NCBI GenBank assembly: GCA_002269645.1
Contig: NIVC01003196.1
Coordinates: 48,523 to 112,522 of the forward strand
Direction of reading: 5' to 3'
DNA from: Macrostomum lignano
Taxonomy: Eukaryota
Length of the DNA stretch: 64,000 bases
This document shows, one piece after another, positions 27,846-40,982 of this stretch; the first letter of the stretch is position 1, and every line of letters starts with the position of its first letter. Both the position numbers and the translations under genes were made by a program. The notes beneath the pieces are model-generated. The model saw only the letters and a list, made by a program, of their open reading frames with translations. It was not told the origin of the DNA and did no database searches.

Positions 27846-28485
27846 GAGAGTGACACAGGAGTGACACGCATTTAAGACATGGAGTGAAACGCATTTAAGA
27901 CATGGAGTTACATAGAGTGACACACTTTGAAGACAGGGAGTGACACATTGGAGACAGGGAGTGACACACTTGAGACAGGGAGTGACTTACTGGAGACAGG
28001 GAGTGACACATTGAAGACAGGGAGTGACACATTCAAGATAAGGAGTGACACACATTAAAGACAGGGAGTGACACATTCAAGATAAGGAGTGACACACATT
28101 AAAGACAGGGAGTGACACATATTGAAGATAAGAAGTGATACACATTGAAGATAAGAAGTGACACACATTAAAGACAGGGAGTGACACACATTGAAGATAA
28201 GAAGTGACACACATTAAAGACAGGGAGTGACACACATTGAAGATAAGAAGTGACACACATTAAAGACAGGGAGTGACACACATTGAAGACATGGAGTGAT
28301 ACACTGGAGATATTGAGTGTAACACATTTTAGACAGGGAGTGACACAAATACGAGACGAGGAGTGACACATGGAAGACGAGGAGTGACACATGGAAGACA
28401 GAGAGTGACACAGGGAGTGACGCACATTGGAGACGCAGGCGTCACACAGGAGACGGAGTGACACAATAGAGAAACAGAAGTGTGA
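27846..28485. repeat. Degenerate 21-25-bp minisatellite (GAGTGACACACATT..AGACAGG core)
   Basis: Tandem, heterogeneous units. Confidence 0.9.
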
Positions 28486-29057
28486 CATGGGAAACTCAGG
28501 TGTTCAGAGACAGCAATGGCCCGGAGAGATCTGAATTCATCAATTCATTTGCAATGTTGCTTTGGCTATAAAAAGCTCAGAAGCGATTAGTCAGTTCCAT
28601 TTCGATGTTATTGCATTATCTATACAAGGTGCTAATTGATTTAGCCATTGTCAAATATGCTTTGTTAGCATATCTGCAATGTTAGGGGCAGTACTGTGTA
28701 GTTATTGCCCAAAATTATCAGGTGCAAAGTGAAATCCATTTCAGTGGCAGAATCTCATTGCAGATGGTTAGGTTTTTATAATTGCTTCGGGTTGTCAATG
28801 TAAACAGACTGCACAGCGCGGGTGGACAGAGTTAAATGAGTTTTTTTTGCATTCGCTTAAAATTTTCTTTAGTTGGTTTCCATAAGGTTTCTACGGTGAC
28901 CATATTAAACATATTGCTCATTAGTGAAGTATTGATTAATTGCTTGTTGACTGATTGACACCTGCGGGACTGCCTGTTGCTCTTTGGCCAATCCCAATGT
29001 ACTTTTATATACTTCAGGTGTTCTTATGGATTTCTACAATAATTAACTTCAGCGCGA

Positions 29058-29525
29058 ATTGTGTCTTTTCGGTGCCGGATTGTGTCTTTTGGGTGCCGAA
29101 TTGTGTCTCATCGGTGCCAAATAGTGTCTTATCGGTGCAAAATAGTGTCTTATCGGTGCAAAATAGTGTCTTATCGGTGCAAAATAGTGTCTTATCGGTG
29201 CAAAATAGTGTCTTATCGGTGCCGAATTGTGTATTTTGAGTGCTAAATTGTGTCTTTTGAGTGAAAAATTGTCTTTTGAGTGCTAAATTGTGTCTTTTGA
29301 GTGAAAAATTGTCTTTTGAGTGCTAAATTGTGTCTTTTGAGTGAAAAATTGTCTTTTGAGTGCTGAATTGAGTCTTTTGAGTGAAAAATTTTCTTTTGAG
29401 TGCTAAATTGTGTCTTTTGGGTGCCAAATTGTGTCTTATCGGTGTCGAATTGTGTCTTATCGGTGTCGAATTGTGTCTTATCGGTGTCGAATTGTGTCTT
29501 ATTGGTGCCAAATTGTGTCTTATCG
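29058..29525. repeat. 20-22-bp minisatellites (TTGTGTCTTATCGGTG.. / TTGTCTTTTGAGTG..)
   Basis: Tandem copies, read directly. Confidence 0.92.
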
Positions 29526-29688
29526 GTCGCAGGTGCAGTTGGTCGGAAATGAAATTATTCTGACTCATAGATGACCACTGGACTGTGACAGTAACCAGCT
29601 TAGCTTAGAAATATTTACTCTGCAGACTCACTCACTCTTACTCACTATACGAGTCATTAGAAAACGCCTAACTTGAAACAAAAACAAA

Positions 29689-29707
29689 ATGCTTCGTACC
29701 TTGACTG
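29689..29707 (+). CDS. iGluR/IR-like receptor, candidate exon 1
   Basis: aaaATG CTT CGT ACC TTG ACT G|gtaagt. This phase-1 donor matches the phase-1 acceptor at 30167 and gives MLRTLTALFWPREASA, a weak signal-peptide-like start. Confidence 0.45.
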
Positions 29708-30166
29708 GTAAGTCAAAGAAGACAGGCAGAATTGCTGGCACAGAGAGTGGATCTAGCAGCAGGCTGGGGGTGGTTAAACACACATCTCATTGTGCCATGG
29801 ACTGCTTGTTTACTGGGGTTTAACAGGAACGGAAGGGCGCAGAGGTCACGAATGGAGCAGTGTACATTGGTTACTAATAAAAGCCTAATTCTCTGTGAGT
29901 TGAAGACTAAGAAATGAAATCCAGATTGCTTAAAACTTGACAAAAAATGTTTTTCTATCAAAATGGACTTATTAAAATCTGTGTCCAAGCTAATTATTTT
30001 GTTTGCCGTTTGTCCGGCTTGGTATTCTTCGTTCGGTATTGCAGATTTGTCCAATGCTACTGAAGGTGTCCGGTTCGGTGAGTGACGTCAATTAGTCAAA
30101 CACCAATTTAAAACAGAATTCCCTATTCATAATTCATGCCGTCTCTACTTGAATCCCTCCTTACAG

Positions 30167-30325
30167 CCCTGTTCTGGCCGAGAGAGGCGTCAGCTCTGGA
30201 GGCGGCGCGGATGTTTGACGACATCTTTCAGCCCTGGCTGAAGACTGCATGTCCACTGGCTGCCAGGCTTACAAAGGACTTCGTGCACTTTAGCCTGCCG
30301 AATGATTTGGATGGCCTGATTAATG
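30167..30325 (+). CDS. iGluR/IR-like receptor, exon 2 (start of amino-terminal domain)
   Basis: ttacag|..ALFWPREASALEAARMFDDIF..LIN G|gtgggt; phase 1 at both ends, in frame with the next exon. Confidence 0.65.
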
Positions 30326-30354
30326 GTGGGTTGACGGTTAGTGCGGCTTCATGG

Positions 30355-30681
30355 GAATCAAGCACTGAGGGAGTCAGGCACTGAGGGAGTCAGGCACTGA
30401 GGGAGTCAGGCACTGGGGGAGTCAGGCACTGGGGGAGTCAAGCACTGAGGGAGTCAAGCTCTGAGGGAGTCAAGCTCTGAGGGAGTCAAGCACTGAGGGA
30501 GTCAAGCACTGAGGGAGTCAAGCTCTGAGGGAGTCAAGCTCTGAGGGAGTCAAGCACTGAGGGAGTCAGACACTGAGGGAGTCAAGCTCTGAGGGAGTCA
30601 GGCTCTGAGGGAGTCAAGCACTGAGGGAGTCAGGCACTGAGGGAGTCAGGCACTGAGGGAGTCAAGCACTGAGGGAGTCAA
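30355..30681. repeat. 16-bp minisatellite GAGTCAAGCACTGAGG (intronic)
   Basis: Tandem copies; same core as the array at 4361-4957. Confidence 0.96.
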
Positions 30682-30704
30682 AGCCAGTGCCTCACCCTCT
30701 CCAG

Positions 30705-31254
30705 TGACCCAGCAGCTGGCCGCCAAGCCGGTGGTCCTCGCGTCAATCATGGAAGATCGTCCGTCAGCTGCCGGGACATCCAGCTGGGCCGTCAAGGTGG
30801 TCAAGCTGGCCACCGCCACCGTGGCGTCGTCCAGAGCGGCGGATTCGACACTCCAGGTCCATCTGATGTCGCCTCCGGATGGCCCAACCTTGGCCGAATT
30901 GCTACTTCGAGTGTTGCGCGTCTCCTTGAGGTTGCCTAGCAACCATCCGCACAGGGCCTCGGACCGGCGTCTCGGCCTGTTGCTAGGGAAGCCGTTCAGC
31001 CTGGTTGATCTGCACCCGGTCCTGAAGGCGTTCGGCGGCCGAGTGTTCGTTCAGAGTCTGGACGATCGGTCGGGAGCTCTGGAGAGACTGAGGAGGCGGC
31101 TGCAGCGGCCTTCATGGCCTTGGAGAAGCTGGAGCGGCAGGGCGTCAGGGACCTGCTGGTGGTGGCCAACAGGCGGGCCGCCCAGCGCCTGTTGCGGCTG
31201 TCAATCAAGACGCCGAGCTCGAGGCCGGTGTACCGGTGGCTGGTGTTCAATGGG
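30705..31254 (+). CDS. iGluR/IR-like receptor, exon 3 (amino-terminal domain; apparent frameshift at ~31005-31100)
   Basis: ctccag|TG ACC CAG..TQQLAAKPVVLAS..; the shifted frame gives MALEKLERQGVRDLLVV..YRWLVFNG. Donor position is uncertain. Confidence 0.7.
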
Positions 31255-31317
31255 GTTGGTGAATGCATTTTTACAGAATTTCGGGTTGAAGTGGCGCGGT
31301 GTCAGATGATTTACAAG

Positions 31318-32151
31318 CGAGTGTCAGATGAGTGTCAAATGAGTGTCAGGTGAGTGTCAAATGAGTGTCAGGTGAGTGTCAAATGAGTGTCAGATAAGTG
31401 TCAGATAAGTGTCAGATAAGTGTCAGATAAGTGTCAGATAAGTGTCAGATGAGTGTCAGATGAATGTCAGATAAGTGACAGGTGGGTGTCAGATGAGTGT
31501 CAGGTGAGTGTCAGGTGAGTGTCAGGTGAGTGTCAGATAAGTGTCAGATAAGTGTCAGATGAGTGTCAGATAAGTGTCAGATAAGTGTCAGATAAGTGTC
31601 AGATAAGTGTCAGATAAGTGTCAGATGAGTGTCAGATAAGTGACAGGTGGGTGTCAGATGAGTGTCAGGTGAGTGTCAGGTGAGTGTCAGGTGAGTGTCA
31701 GATAAGTGTCAGATAAGTGTCAGATAAGTGTCAGATAAGTGTCAGATGAGTGTCAGATAAGTGACAGGTGGGTGTCAGATGAGTGTCAGGTGAGTGTCAG
31801 GTGAGTGTCAGGTGAGTGTCAGATAAGTGTCAGATAAGTGTCAGATAAGTGTCAGGTGAGTGTCAATTGAGTGCCAGGGGAATGTCAGGTGAGTGTCAGG
31901 TGAGTGTCAGGCGAGTGTCAGATGAGTGTCAGATAAATGTCAGGTGAGTATCAGATGAGTATCAGATGAGTGACAGATGAGTGACAGATGAGTGACAGAT
32001 GAGTGACAGATAAGTGTCAGATAAGTGTCAGGTGAGTGTCAATTGAGTGCCAGGGGAGTGTCAGGTGAGTGTCAGGTGAGTGTCAGGTGAGTGTCAGGTG
32101 AGTGTTAGATGAGTGTCAGGTGAGTGTCAGGTGAGTGTTAGATGAGTGTCA
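31318..32151. repeat. 10-bp minisatellite GTCAGATAAGT/GTCAGGTGAGT (intronic)
   Basis: Tandem copies; many units contain CAGGTGAGT. Confidence 0.96.
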
Positions 32152-32187
32152 GGATATTTTCATGATTAAACTCTTAATCGCCTTAAG

Positions 32188-32373
32188 GACATGACAGACT
32201 CCAGCAGCGGCACCCAGTGGCCGAATCCATCGCTCAACGTCACCACAGTGGAGTACCAGAAACCGCGTACTGAACTCCTGAAGCGAGTTCTGAGCAATCG
32301 AACGGACAGTCTGCAGCTGTACGATCAGATGAGCCTGTGGGCCCAATGCCTGGCCAACCTGTACTGCACCAAT
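32188..32373 (+). CDS. iGluR/IR-like receptor, exon 4
   Basis: ttaag|DMTDSSSG..LNVTTVEYQKP..LYCTN|gtgagt. Confidence 0.75.
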
Positions 32374-32447
32374 GTGAGTTGTAGTTATAATTACCTAAAC
32401 TATAGAATTCAATGTTGAAAAAAATGATTTGGTTTCTGGACTAACAG

Positions 32448-32573
32448 ACTTCGAAGAAGGACACCGTTGTCACGGGTCTGACTGGAGATTTTCTGCTCAG
32501 CAGCAATGGCAGCATAGAGAGGCTAAACTGGCGGTTTGACATCTACAGAGGCCTGCTGGTTGAGGCTGAGCTG
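32448..32573 (+). CDS. iGluR/IR-like receptor, exon 5
   Basis: ctaacag|TSKKDTVVTGLTGDFLLSSNGSIERLNWRFDIY..EAEL|gtgagg. The GLTG..G..R..DI pattern marks the end of the iGluR amino-terminal domain. Confidence 0.85.
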
Positions 32574-32599
32574 GTGAGGCACCTTTAATGCTTTTTCCC

Positions 32600-33500
32600 A
32601 GCTGCCCAGCTGACACTTCTGACTCATCTGCTGACTCTCCAGCGTCTCATCTGACTCTCCAGTGTCTCATCTGACTCTCCAGTGTCTCATCTGACTCTCC
32701 AGTGTCTCATCTGACACCCCAGTGTCTCATCTGACACTCCAGCGTCTCATCTGACTCTCCAGTGTCTCATCTGACTCTCCAGTGTCTCATCTGACTCTCC
32801 AGTGTCTCATCTGACTCTCCAGTGTCTCATTTGACACCCCAGTGTCTCATCTGACTCTCCAGTGTCTCATCTGACTCTCCAGTGTCTCATCTGACACTCC
32901 AGTATCTCATCTGACACCCCAGTGTCTCATCTGACACTCCAGTGTCTCATCTGCTGACTCTCCAGTGTCTCATCTGACACTCCAGTATCTCATCTGACAC
33001 CCCAGTGTCTCATCTGACACTCCAGTGTCTCATCTGCTGACTCTCCAGTGTCTCATCTGACACTCCAGTATCTCATCTGACACCCCAGCGTCTCATCTGA
33101 CTCTCCAGTGTCTCATCTGACTCTCCAGTGTCTCATCTGACTCTCCAGTGTCTCATCTGACTCTCCAGTGTCTCATCTGACTCTCCAGTGTCTCATCTGA
33201 CACTCCAGTATCTTAGCTAACACTTCAGTATCTCAACTGACAATCCAGTATATCATCTGACACTCCAGTATCTCAGCTGACACTCCAGTATATCATCTGA
33301 CACTCCAGTATCTCAGCTGACACTCCAGTATATCATCTGACACTCCAGTATGTCATCTGACACTCCAGTATATCATCTGACAGTCCAGTATCTCATCTGA
33401 CACTCCAGTATCTCAACTGACACTCCAGTATGTCATCTGACATTCCCAGTGTCAATTACTGACAAGTGTCTGACACTCCAGTGTCCCATCTGACACTCCA
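32600..33500. repeat. 20-bp minisatellite CTCCAGTGTCTCATCTGAC(A/T) (intronic)
   Basis: Tandem copies. Confidence 0.96.
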
Positions 33501-33801
33501 GTGCTTCCATCCCTGTCTTGCCTCTTGCGTACTCCGCTGTCTTTTGTGACGCTCCACAGTAGCAGAAAATCCCATTCTCAAAAAATAGTAATTGACAGCT
33601 CGCGGACAGAGAGGTGGAACGAGCTGCCTCAAAACCCAATAGAGAGCCCTAAGAGTCAATTCTCATAACTGCATGGCTTCCATCTGCGTGTAATCACTTA
33701 TTTTTGCACGTGTTACTGTTGCTGCCCGCCTACGCTCCTCTTCATCCACTGGAGTGGCTGAAGTGGTGGCTGTCAATCAAAATAACCAGATGCCACTCTG
33801 T

Positions 33802-34685
<884 letters not shown>

Positions 34686-34691
34686 ACCCAG

Positions 34692-34811
34692 GCAGGTCGG
34701 ATATCAACAGACGGCCAGTTCAACCTGTCTGAGCCAATCGAACGCACAGGCTCGAGAGCGGAGGTTCTTGGCGATGTGAGGCGCCGCACACTTCGGGTTT
34801 ACACCATATTA
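34692..34811 (+). CDS. iGluR/IR-like receptor, exon 6
   Basis: cccag|AGRISTDGQFNL..RRRTLRVYTIL|gtaagt (start of S1). Confidence 0.85.
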
Positions 34812-35324
34812 GTAAGTTGCAAACGAATTTCAATCAGAGCGACTTGGGATTTCGCCCAAAGATTTTCTAATCAGGTATTCCGCAAGCTTTTAGCCAACTC
34901 AGAACTCAAAGGCAAGACGGGAGTCTCACAAGCCACATGACCGAAACCTTTCACGCAGAAGGCGCGGTCCCTGCTGACTCTGAGGACACGCCTCACCACT
35001 TCAGTGTCAAATTTACGTTTCAAGTACTCGCGCATTTCCTGTTTTTAAGCCTCTAATTAGTCACAGTCAGAGCCATCCATAAGTGGATATTTGCATCATT
35101 GGCCTCCTCAATATGGATGACGTCGTATTGACCTTTGCAGTGGCTGTTTGCATTCACATTGGTTGCCGAATTTGAGCAGAAATGCCTATTTTAGCATTTC
35201 GCTTCACATTCTACGAGTTTGAGCTTTCTGTTAACACACGCTCAGGACACAGTTTGCTCCATTCATAAGTTGCGTACTGCATAGTCAGATCTTCCCTCTT
35301 TTAGATTGCTATCACCTCTTTTTG

Positions 35325-36132
35325 TGATGTGTCTCAGATGTGTCTCTGCTGTGTCTCAGATGTGTCTTTTATGTGCCCTTGATGTGTCCTTGATGTGTCT
35401 CTGATGTGTCTCAGATGTTTTCTTTATATGTTTCTACTGTGTCTCAGATTTGTCTCAGATGTGTCTCTTGAAGTGTCCTTTATGTGTCCTTGATGCGTCT
35501 CAGATGTGTCTTAGATGTGTCACAGACGTGTCCTTTATGTGCCCTTGATGTGCCCTTGATCTGTCTCAGATGTGTCTCTGCTGTATCTCAGATGCGTCTC
35601 AGATGTGTCTCTCTGTGTCCTTGATGTGTCTCTCATGTGTGTCAGATGTGTCCTTTATGTTTCCTTGATGTGTCTCTGATGTGTCTCTGCTGTGTCTCAG
35701 ATGTGTCTCAAATGTGTCCTTGATGTGTCTCTGCTGTGTCTCAGATGTGTCTTAAATGTGTCCTTGATGTGTCTCAGATGTGTCTTAAATGTGTCCTTGA
35801 TGTGTCTCAGATGTGTCTCTGATGTATCTCTGATGTGTCTCTGGTGTGTCTCTGATGTATCTCTGATGTGTCTCTGATGTTTCTCAGATGTGTCCTTTAT
35901 GTGTCCTTGATGTGTCTCTAATGTATTTCTAATGTGTCTCTGATTTATCTGGTATCTATCTGTGATCTTTTTGGGATCTATCTGGAATCGACCTGTGATC
36001 TATCGGTGATCTATCTGTGATCTATATGTGATCTATCTATGATCTATCTGTGATACATCTGTGATATATCGGTGATTTATCTGTGATCTATCGGTGATCT
36101 ATTTGTGATCTATCTGGGATCTATCTGTGACT
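35325..36132. repeat. Two adjacent degenerate 10-bp-type arrays (GATGTGTCTC; GATCTATCTGT)
   Basis: Read directly. Confidence 0.9.
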
Positions 36133-36177
36133 CCTTTCACCGCAAGCTTCAAACACGGAACCGTTGCCAATACGCAG

Positions 36178-36294
36178 GAGGGCCCCTACGTGCGCTACAA
36201 AAAAGGCCTGGAAAACCGGCCCGACTTGCCCTTGAAAGATCGCCTCGAAGGATTCTCGTTCGAGCTGTGCCTTCGGGTGTTGCGCAATTTCGGG
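36178..36294 (+). CDS. iGluR/IR-like receptor, exon 7 (S1)
   Basis: cgcag|EGPYVRYKK..RLEGFSFELCLRVLRNFG|gtgaga. Confidence 0.88.
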
Positions 36295-36388
36295 GTGAGA
36301 CTTGGACTTTTCTGCTGTGGCTGAGGTTTCGGTGCGATGCGGGTGCAAAGGTTTTGCGTACACTGCTGTCTCTTCACTTCATGCACGT

Positions 36389-36490
36389 CTCCCATCTCTA
36401 ATCATCTGTCATGCACCTGTCTCCCGTCTCTAATCATCTGTCATGCACCTGTCTCCCGTCTCTAATCATCTGTCATGCACCTGTCTCACG
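36389..36490. repeat. 32-bp repeat, about 3 copies (intronic)
   Basis: Unit CTCCCGTCTCTAATCATCTGTCATGCACCTGT. Confidence 0.9.
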
Positions 36491-36512
36491 CCTGTCATCT
36501 TCTCCCATCTAG

Positions 36513-37040
36513 ATCACGGACTTTTCCGTGCAATTTCAAAACGACTCAATCTACGGCGATGTCGTCAATGGCCAGTGGAACGGCCTGATCCGATCAATCA
36601 TGCTGGGCCATGTTGACCTGGCCTGCGTGGCCATGAACCCGCTCAGCTCCAGGGCTGAGGTCATTGATTTCACGGCAAGCTACCTGTCGTACAACATGTC
36701 GCTATTGTACACCGAGGAGCCTCCAGACGCCTGGGAGGAGATATTTCTATTCAGTCAGCCCTATGACATCTACACCTGGCTGGGGGTGCTCGGCGCCACC
36801 GCGACAACGGCAGTGGTGGTCACCGCTCTGCATCGAATCAGACAGAACAATGTCAACTTCGACCTGTTGCACATTTTGTACTGCGCCTTCTCGTCTTTGT
36901 GCCGCGGCCCGAGGCAGGGTCGACTGCCGAATAAGCCGGCAACTCGAGTTCTGGTGGGGGCGTTTTGGCTGTTCTCGCTGGTTGTGCTCATCAATTATGC
37001 AGCTCGGCTTGGCGCCCAGCTGGTTCTGAGGCGGATTCAG
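36513..37040 (+). CDS. iGluR/IR-like receptor, exon 8 (S1, M1, pore loop, M3)
   Basis: YG..NGQWNGLI..VDLA..RAEVIDF..; M1 WLGVLGA..; M3 RVLVGAFWLFSLVVLINYAARLGAQL|gtgagc. Confidence 0.95.
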
Positions 37041-37057
37041 GTGAGCTGGGGGCTGCT

Positions 37058-38612
37058 GGCTATTGATGACACAGTGGGGTGTGGTGGGGGGCTATTGATG
37101 ACACAGTGGGGTGTGGTGGGGGGCTATTGATGACTCAGTGGGGTGTGGTGGGGGCTATTGATGACACAGTGGGGTGTGGTGGGGGGGCTATTGATGACAC
37201 AGTGGGGTGTGGTGGGGGCTATTGATGACACAGTGGGGTGTGGTGGATGCTATTGATGACACAGTGGGGTGTGGTGGGGGGCTATTGATGACACAGTGGA
37301 GTGTGGTGGGGGGCTATTGATGACACAGTGGGTGTGGTGGGGGGCTATTGATGACACAGTGGGGTGTGGTGGGGGCTATTGATGACACAGTGGGGTGTGG
37401 TGGGGGCTATTGATGACACAGTGGGGTGTGGTGGATGCTATTGATGACACAGTGGGGTGTGGTGGGGGCTATTGATGACACAGTGGGGTGTGGTGGGGGC
37501 TATTGATGACACAGTGGGGTGTGGTGGGGGGCTATTGGTGACACAGTGAGGTGTGGTGGGGCTATTGATGACACAGTGGGGTGTGGTGGGGGCTATTGGT
37601 GACACAGTGGGGTGGGCTGGGGGTCTATTGAGGACACAGTGGGGTGTGGTGGGGGGCTATTGATGACACAGTGGGGTGTGGTGGATGCTATTGATGACAC
37701 AGTGGGGTGTGGTGGGGGGCTATTGATGACACAGTGGGGTGTGGTGGGGGGCTATTGATGACACAGTGGGTGTGGTGGGGGCTATTGATGACACAGTGGG
37801 GTGTGGTGGGGGCTATTGATGACACAGTGGGGTGTGGTGGGGGGCTATTGGTGACACAGTGAGGTGTGGTGGGGCTATTGATGACACAGTGGGGTGTGGT
37901 GGGGGGCTATTGGTGACACAGTGGGGTGGGCTGGGGGCTATTGATGACCCAGTGGGGTGTGGTGGGGGCTATTGATGACTCAGTGGGGTGTGGTGGGGGC
38001 TATTGATGACACAGTGGGGTGTGGTGGGGGCTATTGATGACCCAGTGGGTGTGGTGGGGGCTATTGATGACACAGTGAGGTGTGGTGGGTGCTATTGATG
38101 ACACAGTGGGGTGTGGTGGGGGCTATTGATGACACAGTGGGGTGTGGTGGGTGCTATTGATGACGCAGTGGGGTGTGGTGGGGGCTATTGATGACACAGT
38201 GGGGTGTGGTGGGGGGGGCTATTGATGACACAGTGGGGTGTGGTGGGGGGGGCTATTGATGACACAGTGGGGTGTGGTGGGGGCGCTATTGATGACACAG
38301 TGGGGTGCTGGGGGCTATTGATGACACAGTGGGGTGTGGTGGGGGGGCTATTGATGACACAGTGGGGTGTGGTGGGGGGGGGGGCTATTGATGACACAGT
38401 GGGGTGTGGTGGGGGCGCTATTGATGACACAGTGGGGTGCTGGGGGCTATTGATGACACAGTGGGGTGTGGTGGGTGCGCTATTGATGACACAGTGGGGT
38501 GCTGGGGGCTATTGATGACACAGTGGGGTGTGGTGGGGGGGCTATTGATGACACAGTGGGGTGTGGGGGGCTATTGATGACACAGTGGGGTGTGGGGGGC
38601 TATTGATGACGC
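37058..38612. repeat. G-rich ~30-bp minisatellite GGGGCTATTGATGACACAGTGGGGTGTGGT (intronic)
   Basis: Tandem copies. Confidence 0.97.
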
Positions 38613-39169
38613 AATGGGGTGCTGCCTTTATAAGTAAAGCAGATTATTTTTAATTATAAATGCAAGCAATTTTTAAGTTCCTGAATGCATCCGTGATTTC
38701 CTCGAATATTGCTGAATGCAGTCCAATATTTGCTGGGCATAAAGCAGTATTATGCGGCGAGCTCTGGGTGCAAGAAATATTGACTCTTAGGACAAGTGAT
38801 CAGGATTCGGTTTTCAATTTCATAGGTGGCTGAAAGTGTATTACAAAATGCAAATCTCACCAGCACGCTTATGAACTGACTAAAATATTTTCGACTTATG
38901 GGAAACAGGAGAGTCAAATATGGGCATCGCGCAGCTTCTCTTCCTCTAGGCTGCGATGTCGGGTGAAGGAAATTCTGCTTGGCATGGCAGGCAAACGTGA
39001 GCACTAAATCCTCATGAGGTCATTCTGGCAGGCCACGCAAACGGAACCTGTGCATCAGCAAATGAAGACGATGATTTATTGTTGAGCTTGGATCACACAG
39101 GTGTAAATATAACTGTTAGGTATTGGGGTGTCATAACTGTTCAATTGGCACCAATTAGTTAGATTTAAG

Positions 39170-40346
39170 GGCTGCCATAACTGTTAGACAAAGCTGCCAT
39201 AACTGTTAGACAAAGCTGCCATAACTGTTAGACAAAGCTGCCATAACTGTTAGACAAACCTGCCATAACTGTTAGACAAAGCTGCCATAACTGTTAGACA
39301 AACCTGCCATAACTGTTAGACAAAGTTGCCATAACTGTTAGACAAACCTGCCATAACTGTTAGACAAAGCTGCCATAACTGTTAGACAAACCTGCCATAA
39401 CTGTTAGACAAAGTTGCCATAACTGTTAGACAAACCTGCCATAACTGTTAGACAAACCTGCCATAACTGTTAGACAAAGCTGCAATAACTGTTAGACAAA
39501 GCAACCATAACTGTTAGACAAAGCAACCATAACTGTTAGACAAAGCAACCATAACTGTTAGACAAAGCAACCATAACTGTTAGACAAAGTTGCCATAACT
39601 GTTAGACAAAGCAACCATAACTGTTAGACAAAGCAACCATAACTGTTAGACAAAGTTGCCATAACTGTTAGACAAAGTTGCCATAACTGTTAGACAAAGC
39701 AACCATAACTGTTAGACAAAGCAACCATAACTGTTAGACAAAGTTGCCATAACTGTTAGACAAAGCTGCAATAACTGTTAGACAAAGCAACCATAACTGT
39801 TAGACAAAGTTGCCATAACTGTTAGACAAAGTTGCCATAACTGTTAGACAAAGTTGCCATAACTGTTAGACAAAGCAACCATAACTGTTAGACAAAGCAA
39901 CCATAACTGTTAGACAAAGTTGCCATAACTGTTAGACAAAGCTGCAATAACTGTTAGACAAAGCAACCATAACTGTTAGACAAAGTTGCCATAACTGTTA
40001 GACAAAGTTGCCATAACTGTTAGACAAAGTTGCCATAACTGTTAGACAAAGTTGCCATAACTGTTAGACAAAGCTACCATAACTGTTAGACAAAGTTGCC
40101 ATAAGTGTTAGACAAAGTTGCCATAACTGTTAGACAACGCTGCCATAACTGTTAGACAAAGTTGCTATAACTGTTAGACAAAGCTGCCATAACTATTAGA
40201 CAACGCTGCCATAACTGTTAGACAAAGCAACCATAACTGTTAGACAAAGCTGCCATAACTGTTAGACAAAGCTGCCATAACTGTTAGACAAAGCTGCCAT
40301 AACTGTTAGACAAAGCTGTCGTCACTTTTAGACAAAGCTGCCATAG
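39170..40346. repeat. 22-bp minisatellite GCCATAACTGTTAGACAAAGCT (intronic)
   Basis: Tandem copies. Confidence 0.97.
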
Positions 40347-40371
40347 CCGTAGCCAACCGCTATATTCGCAG

Positions 40372-40757
40372 GTGGACCTGAGCGCGCTGCAAAATCTGCC
40401 CAAACAGACCGCCTATCGCTACGGCACTCTCGGTGACTCATCATTCTCAATTGTATTCAGAAACTCGTCATTTATGTACATGCGCAGCATCTACACCACA
40501 ATGGCCACGCAGCGCTGGCTGGTGAAGTCCGCCTCCGAGGGCATTGAAAATGCCAAAGCCGGCGGCTTCGCTTTGATTTACGACACTCCGATGAATCAAT
40601 ACTTCCAACAGCAGATCTGCAATGCGCACCTGTCTGCCTACTTTCAAAACTATGAGGTGGCTTTTGCTATTCCGCAAATGTCCGAACTGAGAGATCTGGT
40701 TTCCGGCGAGATTGTTAAATTGAAAGCGGCCGGGGAAGTGAAGAGAATCTACGATAG
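40372..40757 (+). CDS. iGluR/IR-like receptor, exon 9 (S2)
   Basis: cgcag|VDLSAL..YRYGTLGDSS..GFALIYDT..AFAIP..SELRD..EIVKL..GEV; probable GC donor AG|gcgagt. Confidence 0.92.
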
Positions 40758-40797
40758 GCGAGTAGAATGTACATTCAGACTGAAATGGGTGGAAGTG

Positions 40798-40938
40798 CTG
40801 CTGAGGGGTGGTGGGTGATGAGGGGTAGTGGGTGCTGAGGGGTGGTGGGTGCTGAGGGGTGGTGGGTGCTGAGGGGTGGTGGGTGCTGAGGGTGGTGGGT
40901 GCTGAGGGGTGGTGGGTGCTGAGGGGTGGTGAGTGCTG
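40798..40938. repeat. 17-bp minisatellite GTGGTGGGTGCTGAGGG (intronic)
   Basis: Tandem copies. Confidence 0.93.
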
Positions 40939-40982
40939 AGTGCCGGTGCCGCAATCGCAAGCGCCTCAACTCCCCTATCCAG

